A DNA stretch of 64,000 nt, taken from an uncultured Spirochaetia bacterium (GTDB taxonomy: Bacteria; Spirochaetota; Spirochaetia; JABEVK01). The number at the start of each line of letters is the position of its first letter. Positions within the stretch are counted from its first letter, which is position 1. A program made the position numbers and the translations under genes. Shown here one piece after another: positions 49,259-58,262 of the stretch. The stretch is taken from contig CALGPJ010000009.1 in assembly GCA_937960645.1 (NCBI GenBank), positions 68,522 through 132,521 on the forward strand, written 5' to 3'. The notes beneath the pieces were generated by a model. That model had not been told where the DNA came from. It did not search any database and saw only the letters and a program-made list of their open reading frames with translations.

Positions 49259-50455
49259 ATGTCCCAAGCCGTCTGGACCGTCAGCCAGCTCATGTCAAGT
49301 CTCAAGGACCTGGTCGAACCAGCCTTCGAGAACCTGACGGTGGAAGGAGAGGTGAGCGGCCTGCGCCCCAACACCAGCGGGCACCTCTATTTCACCCTCA
49401 AAGACGACACGGCCCAGGTCGATTGCGCCCTGTTCAGCTACCAGAGGTCCAAAATCACCATCGAGATCAAAAACGGCGATCAGGTCCAGGTCAAGGGAAG
49501 ACTCTCCATTTACGAGATGCGGGGAAAGATCACCTTCATCGTCCAACACATCATTCCGCTTGGCCTGGGGAATGTGTTGATGCGGCTGGAGGAATTGAAG
49601 CGGCGGCTGGCGGCCGAGGGGCTCTTCGATTCGCGGCGCAAGCGGAGCCTTCCCTCCTTTCCCCAGCGTATTGCCCTGATTACCAGCCCCACCGGGGCGG
49701 CCCTGCAGGACATGTTGCGGGTTTTCCGGCAGAGGGGTGCCTGGGCGCAGGTGCTGGTTGTGGGCGCCGCTGTCCAGGGTGAGGACGCCCCCGCGCAGCT
49801 CGTTCAGGCCCTGAGATACGTCAACCGCTGGGAGCTGGCCGATGTGATCATCATCGGGCGCGGCGGCGGCTCCTTCGAGGACCTCCTCCCCTTCTCCGAC
49901 GAGGCGGTCGTTCGCGCGGTTTCCGAAAGCCGTATCCCCGTGGTGTCCGCGGTGGGCCACGAGATCGATAATCCGCTCTGTGACCTGGCTGCCGACGTCG
50001 CCGCCCCAACCCCAACCGCCGCCGCCGCCCTTGTCTGGCCGCATTTCCGAGATGACTGGTTGCATCGGATCATCGAGCACCGCACCCACCTTCAACACGA
50101 AATCCAACGGCGGTTCGAGGAAACCGAACGGCTGTTGCGACCATTTCGGGCCGAAAATCTGGCCATCACCATCGAGCAGATTCTGGATCCGGTCCGAAGC
50201 CGCCTTACCTGGCTACGGGAAGAGCTTCCCGCCGCCATCAAACAAGTCCTGCACACCGCACGCCTGAACCTGACCCGACTCCAGGAGGGACTGCAGGCCC
50301 ACAGCCCCCTGGATGTTTTGCGCCGGGGGTACGCTATTGTCCAGACCGATGCCGGAATCCTGAGACGAGCGGCCGAGGCGCCGATCGGAACGGCACTTAC
50401 CATCCAGCTTCACGAGGGGCGAATCAGTGCGACAAGTCAAGGAGAACGATCATGA
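49259..50455 (+). CDS. xseA: Exodeoxyribonuclease VII large subunit
   Basis: N-terminal OB fold (VSQLMSSLKDLVE...LTVEGEVSG), IIGRGGGS catalytic-domain motif; overlaps xseB. Confidence 0.85.
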   Translation: MSQAVWTVSQLMSSLKDLVEPAFENLTVEGEVSGLRPNTSGHLYFTLKDDTAQVDCALFSYQRSKITIEIKNGDQVQVKGRLSIYEMRGKITFIVQHIIPLGLGNVLMRLEELKRRLAAEGLFDSRRKRSLPSFPQRIALITSPTGAALQDMLRVFRQRGAWAQVLVVGAAVQGEDAPAQLVQALRYVNRWELADVIIIGRGGGSFEDLLPFSDEAVVRAVSESRIPVVSAVGHEIDNPLCDLAADVAAPTPTAAAALVWPHFRDDWLHRIIEHRTHLQHEIQRRFEETERLLRPFRAENLAITIEQILDPVRSRLTWLREELPAAIKQVLHTARLNLTRLQEGLQAHSPLDVLRRGYAIVQTDAGILRRAAEAPIGTALTIQLHEGRISATSQGERS

Positions 50456-50697
50456 AAAGCAAGGACAACATGCCAAGTTTCGAAGAACGTCTGGCCGAGC
50501 TGGAGTCCCTGAGTCAGGGGCTGCGATCGGGAAAACTTCCCCTTAACGAGGCGATCGACGCCTTCGAAAGGGGCATCAAACTTGCCAACAGCCTGGAAAA
50601 GGAGCTGAAACAGATGCAATTGAAAGTCGAAAAGCTCCTGAGTGTGCCATCGGACCCGGACACCCCTGCCGAAAAAGAACTTTTCGATGAGGAATGA
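50452..50697 (+). CDS. xseB: Exodeoxyribonuclease VII small subunit
   Basis: 81 aa; FEERLAELESLSQGLRSGKLPLNEAIDAFERGIKL. Confidence 0.85.
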   Translation: MKSKDNMPSFEERLAELESLSQGLRSGKLPLNEAIDAFERGIKLANSLEKELKQMQLKVEKLLSVPSDPDTPAEKELFDEE

Positions 50698-50766
50698 TGC
50701 TCGGTTGCCTTGACCTTGGCTGTTATATTAAATATTTTGAATTAAAATTTTTCCAAGGAGAGGAAA

Positions 50767-51264
50767 ATGAAAAAATTTTTGCTAGGGTTTGTGCTTCTCG
50801 GTGCCCTCCAGGCCCCTCAAGCCAATGCGCAAACATTGGGAATCGGCGGTTTCTGGACGCTGAACCTGCTTCAGTCCGCAACCAACGGTCCGGGTGTCAC
50901 CATCGCCCTGCCCCGAGCCAACCCCTTCTTCCGTAACCCCCTCGTGATCAACGTCGGCTTTCCCGCCATCGGCACCCAGGTGTTCACCCTGGCCTTCACC
51001 GTCGACTTCTGGGCCATCAACCAGTCGCTGGTGTCGTTCATCAACGTGTACGTGGGTCCCGGTCTGTTCTTCAGTGTCGCCACCAAGGGAGGCAACGCCC
51101 AGGTCACTCTCGGCGGCCGCGTTCCCATCGGTCTGAACATCAAGCCCTTCAACTGGCTCGAGCTCTTCCTGGAGCTGGCGCCTGCCCTGGGCGTGGTGAT
51201 CGCCGACCCCGTCACGGCTAACTTTCTGCTCCAGGGTGCCTTCGGTATCCGATTCTGGTTCTAG
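50767..51264 (+). CDS. Small outer-membrane beta-barrel protein
   Basis: Signal peptide (LLGALQAPQANAQT), alternating beta-strand pattern, C-terminal IRFWF; AAGGAGAGG SD; TTGCCT-N17-TTAAAT promoter-like upstream. Confidence 0.5.
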   Translation: MKKFLLGFVLLGALQAPQANAQTLGIGGFWTLNLLQSATNGPGVTIALPRANPFFRNPLVINVGFPAIGTQVFTLAFTVDFWAINQSLVSFINVYVGPGLFFSVATKGGNAQVTLGGRVPIGLNIKPFNWLELFLELAPALGVVIADPVTANFLLQGAFGIRFWF

Positions 51265-51281
51265 CACAACCGCACACACGC

Positions 51282-51308
51282 AAAAACCGGCCCACAGGCC
51301 GGTTTTTT
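51282..51308. terminator. Bidirectional rho-independent terminator (AACCGGCC-CACA-GGCCGGTT + T-run) between convergent genes
   Basis: caaaaaCCGGCCcacaGGCCGGtttttta; overlaps the last codons of the minus-strand gene. Confidence 0.7.
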
Positions 51309-51927
51309 ATTGTCCCAAGCCAAAAAACAAGGCGGCGGCCAGTCCCCAAACCAGGGGAACGCTCCACCAACCCCGGTTTTGAACGGGTTCCGAATTCAGT
51401 TTTGGGACCACTCCCTTTTCTTCCAGCGAGTCCGCCGGAAGCACCTCCAGAAATATCTCATCCAGAGAATCGATCCACCGAGCGGGCCGGATGCGGTGGC
51501 GCGCCTCGAGCAACCGTTGATAATACCCCAGCACCTCGGCCCAAAAACTGCCCAGGCGTCCCGGCAGTTGCAGATCTCGGTGGATGGCGGCCACGCTGGT
51601 AAACACCATCCCGATCAGCCTCAGGGCCCGAAGCGCCCCCTCCTCCAGGGCCCCCTGGGTAATCCGCAAGGGCCCCCAGCCCACCAGCACCTTCCCGAAG
51701 GGACTGAGGAGGGAGAACCCCACAATGCTCAGGGCCAATATCAGGAAGTACCCCAGGCTGATCTTTTTCCCCGCAAGCAGGGCCAGAATCAGGGAAATGG
51801 TGAGCAGGACCGAGGCCGTCCCGGGGCTCTGGGCAGCCGCCTGGGCGGCTAAAAATCCCAGGGCGGCCACCAGGCGCGGCAAGGGTGCTACCACCTTTCC
51901 AAGAAGATCAGTCCGAAACCAGCGCAC
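51307..51927 (-). CDS. Hypothetical polytopic membrane protein (possibly ECF-T/CbiQ-like)
   Basis: 206 aa, 4-5 hydrophobic helices; 20-nt overlap with upstream Gx-transporter gene. Confidence 0.4.
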   Translation of the reverse strand: MRWFRTDLLGKVVAPLPRLVAALGFLAAQAAAQSPGTASVLLTISLILALLAGKKISLGYFLILALSIVGFSLLSPFGKVLVGWGPLRITQGALEEGALRALRLIGMVFTSVAAIHRDLQLPGRLGSFWAEVLGYYQRLLEARHRIRPARWIDSLDEIFLEVLPADSLEEKGVVPKLNSEPVQNRGWWSVPLVWGLAAALFFGLGQ

Positions 51928-52456
51928 GCCTGACCTCCCGGAACCACACAGAGCGAGATTGAAACATTTGGGCCAGCCAGCCCACCAGGAAACCGGTAGC
52001 CCCGCCTGTGCCCAAAATCACGGGCCCGATCACCCAGGCATTCTCCCCCAGAAGGATGAGGACGCTGAGTCCGAGCTGGGCGAGGTTGCTGGTCAGTGCC
52101 CCCCAGAGGCTGACCCCAATGAGGCTCAGGCGCAAACCAAAAAGCCTGCGGACCGCGGCCATGGTAAAAAGCGCGGTAAAGGTCCCCACCGCTGAAAACA
52201 ACAGAACGTAGCTCACCAAGGTGCCGTTGATCAGACCCTGTCCCAGGACCTTGACGGCGGCAAGTACCAACAATTCCCGAAAACGCAGAACGTCGAGCAT
52301 GAGCACCAGCGGAATGTTGGAGATCCCCAGGCGAATGAAGGGGACAGGCTTGGGTAACAGATATTCGATGGCCGCGAGAAACAGACCGATGGCGCTCAAA
52401 AATGCCAGGAGTCGCCGACGGCTTACCCCGTGGATTTCCTTATTGGGAGATGACAT
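51908..52456 (-). CDS. Gx-transporter-family (heptaprenyl-diphosphate-synthase component I-like) membrane protein
   Basis: Start ATG at 52456 (MSSPNKEIHG). Polytopic with Gly-rich helix GPVILGTGGATG. Confidence 0.5.
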   Translation of the reverse strand: MSSPNKEIHGVSRRRLLAFLSAIGLFLAAIEYLLPKPVPFIRLGISNIPLVLMLDVLRFRELLVLAAVKVLGQGLINGTLVSYVLLFSAVGTFTALFTMAAVRRLFGLRLSLIGVSLWGALTSNLAQLGLSVLILLGENAWVIGPVILGTGGATGFLVGWLAQMFQSRSVWFREVRRALVSD

Positions 52457-52796
52457 CGACCTCTTCCCGGCGTGCGGTGATGCGCAGGAAGATCCGGTTG
52501 GGGAGGCAGGCCGCCCATTGCCCCGGCTCGTGCTGATGCCCCATCTGCACACAGATCTGGTTCTGGCAGGGGCTGGATTCGAACCAGGCCTGACCATCCC
52601 GAATGGTGATCACCGAGGTGCCCAGCGGGCCACGCGCCGGAAAATAGCGGTCGGTGCTCATCGGGTACACGAACTGCCCCTCGGGTGTTTGGATTTCCAC
52701 CATGGGCTGCCCTTCGAGCTGACGCACTCCCATCCATGCCAAACCACCGGCCAGCACCAAAGTCAGCAGCAGGGGGATGAGGTCCCAGCCCTTCAT
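52440..52796 (-). CDS. NusG-domain-II-containing small membrane-anchored protein
   Basis: Only the last 118 codons of the listed 360-aa ORF are taken as real; the rest is antisense to mazG. N-terminal TM, C-terminal beta domain with SSPCQNQIC. Confidence 0.45.
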   Translation of the reverse strand: MKGWDLIPLLLTLVLAGGLAWMGVRQLEGQPMVEIQTPEGQFVYPMSTDRYFPARGPLGTSVITIRDGQAWFESSPCQNQICVQMGHQHEPGQWAACLPNRIFLRITARREEVDVISQ

Positions 52797-52807
52797 CCGC
52801 GGGAGGT

Positions 52808-53596
52808 TCAGGACCGCCGTTTCGCCTCTTCCCAAAGCTCCTCCATCCGCGCATTGTGCGCGGCCTCCATGGGCCGGCCCTCCCGCTCGAACGCTTCCTC
52901 GATGTAACTGAAGCGCTTCTTGAACTTTTCTACTGAACGGTCCAGGGCCAGGTTGGCCTCGATTCCGAGGTGACGCGCCAGGTTGACCACCGAAAACAGA
53001 AGGTCGCCCAGCTCGAGTTCCAGCTTCTCCCGATGACCCCCTTCCCACTCGCCACGCACCTCCGCCAGCTCTTCCTGAACCTTGTCGAACACCGCCTCGG
53101 GACTGCTCCAGTCGAAACCGACCCTGGCGGCCTTTTTTTGCACTTCCTGAGCCTTCTCCAGGGGAGGCAGTCCCCGCCCCGCTTTGTGCAAAAACGACAT
53201 CTTCTTCCCGTTCCTCTCCTGCCTCTTGATCTCTTCCCACTGCTCGATCACTTGCCCGGAAGTTTCGGCCCGGGCATCGCCGAAGACATGGGGATGGCGG
53301 CGGATGAGTTTCTCGCAAAGGGCCTGAAGGGAGTCGGCCAGGGTGAAGCGGCCGGCCTCCTCGTACATTTGACCGATCATGGCCACGTTCAGGGCCACAT
53401 CGCCCAGCTCTTCCAGGATGTCGGGTGCATGATCCTCCTGAATAGCGTGGATGAGTTCGTACGCCTCCTCGGCCAGGGTCCGGCGCAGGGTTAGAGGAGT
53501 TTGCTCGCGGTCCCAGGGACAACCGTCGGGGGACCGCAGGCGGACCACGATTTCCAAAAGCCGACCAAAGGCCTGTTGGGCCTGGGCGATGTTCAT
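52808..53596 (-). CDS. mazG: Nucleoside triphosphate pyrophosphohydrolase MazG
   Basis: Tandem MazG domains: RLRSPDGCPWDREQT, EEAYELIHAI, ELGDLLFSVVNLARHLG. Confidence 0.8.
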   Translation of the reverse strand: MNIAQAQQAFGRLLEIVVRLRSPDGCPWDREQTPLTLRRTLAEEAYELIHAIQEDHAPDILEELGDVALNVAMIGQMYEEAGRFTLADSLQALCEKLIRRHPHVFGDARAETSGQVIEQWEEIKRQERNGKKMSFLHKAGRGLPPLEKAQEVQKKAARVGFDWSSPEAVFDKVQEELAEVRGEWEGGHREKLELELGDLLFSVVNLARHLGIEANLALDRSVEKFKKRFSYIEEAFEREGRPMEAAHNARMEELWEEAKRRS

Positions 53597-54387
53597 GGGA
53601 TCATCTTAGTCATGGGCCGCCGGGCGGACAAGCGGGCATGCAATAAGATGGCCGCCGCCACCGAAACGTTGAGGGATTCCACCCGGCTGTCCATGGGAAT
53701 GCGCACCCTCTCCACGGCCCGCTGCATGAGGTCGGTCCCGGCGCCGTGCTTTTCGCTGCCCAGGAGGATGAGGCGGTCCCCCGGTTGCCGAGCCCATTCG
53801 GTTACCTCCAGCTCGGCCCCCGCCGCCGCAGCGGCCAGAATCTTGGGGACCTGGCCGATCAGGGCCAAAAAACTTTGGCGGTCCAACACCGCCACGCGCA
53901 GATGGAACACCAGGCCGCGACTGGCCCGGATCAGGCGGCGGTCCGTCAGGTCGTGGTCCCCGATCAGCACCAGAGCGCCGACCCCGAGGGCCAGCGAGGT
54001 GCGCGCGATGGCCCCGGCATTGCCCGCGAGTGCCAGCTGGTCCAGAACCACCACATCTCCAGGGTGCCGAAGCACGGTGAGTGGGTCCCAAAGAGGTGGA
54101 GTCAGGGCCACGGCAAAGGTCCTGCTGGCGCGTTCGGTCTCGAATATCTTTTTGGCCGTTCGCCACGCGATCTGATACTTCGGGATCGGGAGGTTCTTTA
54201 GCCCATCGGACTGCCGATCCCAGTCGGTGCTGAAAACGGACTGAATCTTCACGTTGGCCCGCCAGGCCTGCAGGATATTGTCTTCGTCATCGATGAGAAA
54301 AAGCCCATGCTGCCGCCTGCCCTCGACCCGCAACAGATCGATGAGGAGTCGGGCCTGGGGATGGTTGAGCGAGTCGATCAGCTCCAT
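53593..54387 (-). CDS. TrmH/SpoU-family RNA 2'-O-methyltransferase
   Basis: LLGSEKHGAGTDL ... IPMDSRVESLNVSVAAAILL SPOUT-fold motifs. Confidence 0.8.
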   Translation of the reverse strand: MELIDSLNHPQARLLIDLLRVEGRRQHGLFLIDDEDNILQAWRANVKIQSVFSTDWDRQSDGLKNLPIPKYQIAWRTAKKIFETERASRTFAVALTPPLWDPLTVLRHPGDVVVLDQLALAGNAGAIARTSLALGVGALVLIGDHDLTDRRLIRASRGLVFHLRVAVLDRQSFLALIGQVPKILAAAAAGAELEVTEWARQPGDRLILLGSEKHGAGTDLMQRAVERVRIPMDSRVESLNVSVAAAILLHARLSARRPMTKMIP

Positions 54388-54399
54388 TTCATCCCTGAC

Positions 54400-55662
54400 C
54401 TAACTCGGAACTTCCAGAGATCGGGTTCGAGCGATCTGAGCGAAAAATCGGCCCGATTCTCGCAGAGTCCGCGTTTGGGTCTCGAAATCGTTATGGTAGA
54501 GCCCGAATCGTGCCGACTCGCCTTCGATCCACTCGAAGTTATCCAGCAGGGTCCAGTGGTAATACCGCTCGACAGGAATGCCGGCCTGAATGCAGCGATG
54601 CACCTCCCTGAGGTGGGAGGCGATGTACGCGGGACGCACCTCGTCCCGGGCATCGCAGATTCCATTCTCGGTGATCCATATCGGAAGCCGATAGCGCTTC
54701 CACAGCCTGGTGATGATTCGGCTGAGTCCCCGCGGATAGATCTCCCAGCCCAGGTCGTTGACGGGAGCGCCCTTCTTCACCAGGAGGACGCCATGAAGGG
54801 GGCCGCCCCCCCACTTCCCGCGCACCATGTCCCGGGTGTAGTAGTTCACGCCGATGAAATCAGCAAACTTTTCCTTGCCCAGGGGGTAGCCCCTGCCCAG
54901 CGGCGCGATGAAGCGACCGCGGGTCATGGCCTGCAGGAACATGTCCTGGAAGATGCGCTCGTGGAGGTAGGCACTGAGGGCACTCAGGGGCCCACCGGTT
55001 GGATCGAAGATTCGCAGGTGATGGGCAACCCCGACCCGGGCATCGGGTCTCTGGAGGTGGATCGCCCGGTACGCCAGGACATGGGCTTCGACCAGACGCC
55101 GAGCAGCATCGAACATCGGCGCGGTGGCGTTTTTGAGTCCGGGGGGCCACTCGCCCCGCAGGTAGCCCATGGTGAGATAGATGTTGGGCTCATTGAGGGT
55201 GATCCAATCCTGAACGAGGTCGCCCAGGTGTCCGACCACACGCTGAACGAATCGCCAGAAATACAGGGCCGACTGCGGATGGTTCCATCCTCCCATCCGG
55301 GCGAACCAGAGCGGAAGACTGAAATGGTAGAGCGTCACCAGGGGGACGATCCTGCGTTGGACCAGTCCCTCGATTTCCCGCCGGTAGACATTCAGAGCCT
55401 CCTCGGAGAACACGCCTTCTTGGGGCTCGATGCGGCTCCATTCCAGGCCCATGCGGTAGGTGTGGGAGTTCAACTCCTCGTGCAACCGAAAATCGGCATC
55501 GATCCGCTGCCAGTGGTCGCAGGCCCGAATGGAATGGGTGCCGTCTTTGATGTGCCCGGCCTGGGACCATTCGTACCAGGTGTTGTTGCTGTCCCCGCCC
55601 TCGATTTGGAGCGAGGCCGTGGCAGTACCGAAGAGAAAGGTTTCGGGAAAGCGCAGCGTCAT
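54400..55662 (-). CDS. Glycoside hydrolase family 1 beta-glucosidase
   Basis: FLFGTATASLQIEG, TLYHFSLPLW, LNEPN (acid/base), ITENG (nucleophile). Confidence 0.85.
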   Translation of the reverse strand: MTLRFPETFLFGTATASLQIEGGDSNNTWYEWSQAGHIKDGTHSIRACDHWQRIDADFRLHEELNSHTYRMGLEWSRIEPQEGVFSEEALNVYRREIEGLVQRRIVPLVTLYHFSLPLWFARMGGWNHPQSALYFWRFVQRVVGHLGDLVQDWITLNEPNIYLTMGYLRGEWPPGLKNATAPMFDAARRLVEAHVLAYRAIHLQRPDARVGVAHHLRIFDPTGGPLSALSAYLHERIFQDMFLQAMTRGRFIAPLGRGYPLGKEKFADFIGVNYYTRDMVRGKWGGGPLHGVLLVKKGAPVNDLGWEIYPRGLSRIITRLWKRYRLPIWITENGICDARDEVRPAYIASHLREVHRCIQAGIPVERYYHWTLLDNFEWIEGESARFGLYHNDFETQTRTLRESGRFFAQIARTRSLEVPS

Positions 55663-56999
55663 TCGATGTCCCTTAAAATTCGTTTTTCGTCATAGAGACC
55701 TATGAACAGCAAGCCCAACAGGCAGATCACCAGGGCCACGGCCCCCGAAAGCCTGAGACCCAGGTCGTTATCCTGGCGGGCCCCCAACTGAATCAGGCTG
55801 GGGAAAATCAGATTGGCGAAGGCGATGCCGAACTTCATCATCAGGGTACGGACCCCAAAAAAGAGCCCCTCGTTTCCGAAGCCGCTGGTTTTCAGGGACG
55901 CATGACTCATGTCGGCCACCATGGCGTTGGGCAGGATGCTGAAAATCGCCAGAGGCACGATGTAGAGAAGGATCACCACCAGCCCCTGAATCTCTCGAGG
56001 GAAGGGCAGGAAGCCCAACAGGACCACCAAACCGAAGACCGCGGCATCCAGAGCGAACGCCACCATCATCAACACCTTCTTCCCAAACTTTTTGGCCAGC
56101 ACGTTGACAGGCACATAGAGGGCAAAACTGCCAAAAAACATGATGTAGAGATAGATCGACGTCCACCCCTTTTCCAGCCCCAGAAGGACGATGACGTAGT
56201 AGCCGATGCCAATCTGGATGAAGGTGAGGGCCATCCAGTACATGAGGTCCGATGCCACGAACCAACGGAAGTTGGCATTGCCCCAGAGGCGTCTCAGCGC
56301 CGGCAGCAGGGGCTCGCCCTGCTGCCGCTGACCCAGGTCACGATCCTCCCGGATGGCCAGGACGGGAAGGAGCATCAGGAAAAAACTCAGGAGGCTGTAA
56401 ACGGCCATGATGAGCTGGAAGGCCAGGAGATTGGAGGGGAAGTGGACCTTGACCAGATCGAGGATGATGAAGGTGGAACCGCCGATGACGAAGCCCAGGG
56501 CCCAGGTAACGCTGATCATGGTGCTCAAATCGAGGCGCTCTTTTTGGGTCTTGCCCAGTTCGCTCAAAAGGGCCGTGTAGGGGGTGACGTAAAGGGTGAA
56601 AAAGAGATAGTACAAAAACAGCATGACCGCCAGCCACACCACATTCCACCCACTTTCCTGGCCCACCGGCGGAACGAAGATGAGAAAGCTAAAGAGGGCA
56701 AAGGGAAGGGCGCTAAAGGCCAAAAAGGGAATACGCCTGCCCCAGCGCGACGAAAAACGATCGGAGATTCCCGCCACCAGGGGGTCGGTAACCGCGTCGA
56801 AGACCCTTCCGCCGGCGCTCAAGAGTCCCAGCCAGGTGAACACCCCGCCGATCAGGGCCGTGCCGATGAACAGGGGAAAGAGGGGATTGACACCGGCTTC
56901 GTCGGGAGGTTGATAAAAAACGTTGAGCAGGTTGGCCGGCGCGTAGCTCGCCAGAGACCACCCCAGCTGCCCCAGGGCGTAGAGCCATTTCTTCGTCAT
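55659..56999 (-). CDS. MFS transporter, glycoside-pentoside-hexuronide (GPH) cation symporter family
   Basis: Start ATG at 56999 (MTKKWLYALGQLGW). 12-TM pattern; GPH-family DRFSSRWGRR motif. Confidence 0.8.
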   Translation of the reverse strand: MTKKWLYALGQLGWSLASYAPANLLNVFYQPPDEAGVNPLFPLFIGTALIGGVFTWLGLLSAGGRVFDAVTDPLVAGISDRFSSRWGRRIPFLAFSALPFALFSFLIFVPPVGQESGWNVVWLAVMLFLYYLFFTLYVTPYTALLSELGKTQKERLDLSTMISVTWALGFVIGGSTFIILDLVKVHFPSNLLAFQLIMAVYSLLSFFLMLLPVLAIREDRDLGQRQQGEPLLPALRRLWGNANFRWFVASDLMYWMALTFIQIGIGYYVIVLLGLEKGWTSIYLYIMFFGSFALYVPVNVLAKKFGKKVLMMVAFALDAAVFGLVVLLGFLPFPREIQGLVVILLYIVPLAIFSILPNAMVADMSHASLKTSGFGNEGLFFGVRTLMMKFGIAFANLIFPSLIQLGARQDNDLGLRLSGAVALVICLLGLLFIGLYDEKRILRDIE

Positions 57000-57083
57000 G
57001 GGCCGATTATAGCACACTTCGGGACTGGAAACCCTATCCCTGGGATGTTTGAGGACAATAAAAGCGCCCAACGGCAAAAAGCC

Positions 57084-57947
57084 TCAGGGGTTGAAGGGCC
57101 GATCGGTGCTGGCATAGGGCCCCGGGGGACTGCCACCCACCTTGACGATGCCGTGGTTTCCCTGGCCGCTGAGGTCCGTAAGGCTGGAGCCATTCCAGGT
57201 ATCGAACAAGTAGAGGGCGACGGTGGATCCCGGCTGATTTTGAACGGTGTCGGGACCCGGGGTGAAGTTGGAGCTGTACACCACCTGTTGGGAGACCCTG
57301 AGCCCGCTCAGAAGCCCCTTGTACCCCAGGCTACCGGGATAGTCGTGCTTCTCGGCGGCGAGCACCAGGTAGGGGTCGCTGTTGGGCTTGGTGGTGGTGC
57401 GGTCATTTTTGTAGCTGATGTTCCCGGTCGGCCCCGTTCCGGTGGCCTCGAGCTGGCCATCGATGTAGAGACGCATTTCACCGCTACTGCCGTGGCGCGT
57501 GGCGGCAACATGGTGCCACTGGCCGTCGCGAAGGTCGGCGGAACTGGAAGCCAGGATGGTCTTTCCCGAGCTTCCCTGGGCCACCCCGAACGCGATTTTT
57601 CCAGCGGCCATGCCGATACCCCAGTCGCCGTACTCGTTGCTCCCCGAACCGTCATCGATATCCCGGTCCACGATGATGTGGGAATACACCCATCCCGTTC
57701 CATCGGTGGCATTGGGGTCAGCGGTGCCGCCGGGATTGTCGGCGGCGTGGGTCTTGAGCCAGAACTCCACCGTGAAATCGAGCCCGACGTTGACGCTCTT
57801 GTTCACCAGCGGGATCTTTACCCGATCGATGTCCCCGTTCTGATGCCCCTGAAAACCATAGGAGGCCAGGGCCACCCCTCCCTGATCCTGAGGGCCGGGG
57901 CACCCCCACAGGAAAATCAAGACAAGACTCCAGTACCAGCTCTTCAT
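57084..57947 (-). CDS. Lipoprotein with concanavalin-A-like lectin / LamG domain
   Basis: Lipobox LWGC; LamG-like TVEFWLK...DGQWHHVAATR...MRLYIDGQL. Confidence 0.55.
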   Translation of the reverse strand: MKSWYWSLVLIFLWGCPGPQDQGGVALASYGFQGHQNGDIDRVKIPLVNKSVNVGLDFTVEFWLKTHAADNPGGTADPNATDGTGWVYSHIIVDRDIDDGSGSNEYGDWGIGMAAGKIAFGVAQGSSGKTILASSSADLRDGQWHHVAATRHGSSGEMRLYIDGQLEATGTGPTGNISYKNDRTTTKPNSDPYLVLAAEKHDYPGSLGYKGLLSGLRVSQQVVYSSNFTPGPDTVQNQPGSTVALYLFDTWNGSSLTDLSGQGNHGIVKVGGSPPGPYASTDRPFNP

Positions 57948-57974
57948 ACTCCCCCCAGATTCTCGGGAAAAAGA

Positions 57975-58253
57975 TCAATCTTTCTTGCCCGTAACCTTTA
58001 TTACGTGATATCCAAACTGGGTACTGACCACGTCGCTGATGCTCCCCAGGCCCAGCTTTCTGACCGCCGACTCGAAGGGGGCCACCATCTGCCCCGGACC
58101 GAACCATCCCAAATCCCCGCCCTTGCTCTTGCTCGGGCAGGTGCTGAATTCCCGCGCCAGAGCTTCGAAGGAAGCGCCCTGCTTGAGCCGCTGCCTCAGC
58201 TGCTCTGCCAATGCACGATCTTTAACCAGGATGTGACTGGCACGCCACTGCAT
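57975..58253 (-). CDS. ppiC: Parvulin-type peptidyl-prolyl cis-trans isomerase
   Basis: 92 aa; ASHILVK...GGDLGWFGPGQMVAPFE...GYHVIKV. Confidence 0.75.
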   Translation of the reverse strand: MQWRASHILVKDRALAEQLRQRLKQGASFEALAREFSTCPSKSKGGDLGWFGPGQMVAPFESAVRKLGLGSISDVVSTQFGYHVIKVTGKKD

Positions 58254-58262
58254 ACCACCTCC

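Noticed and set aside
52440-53522. 360-aa minus-strand ORF
   Set aside because: Most of it overlaps mazG in another frame; only the C-terminal 118 codons (NusG-II-like protein starting at 52796) look genuine.
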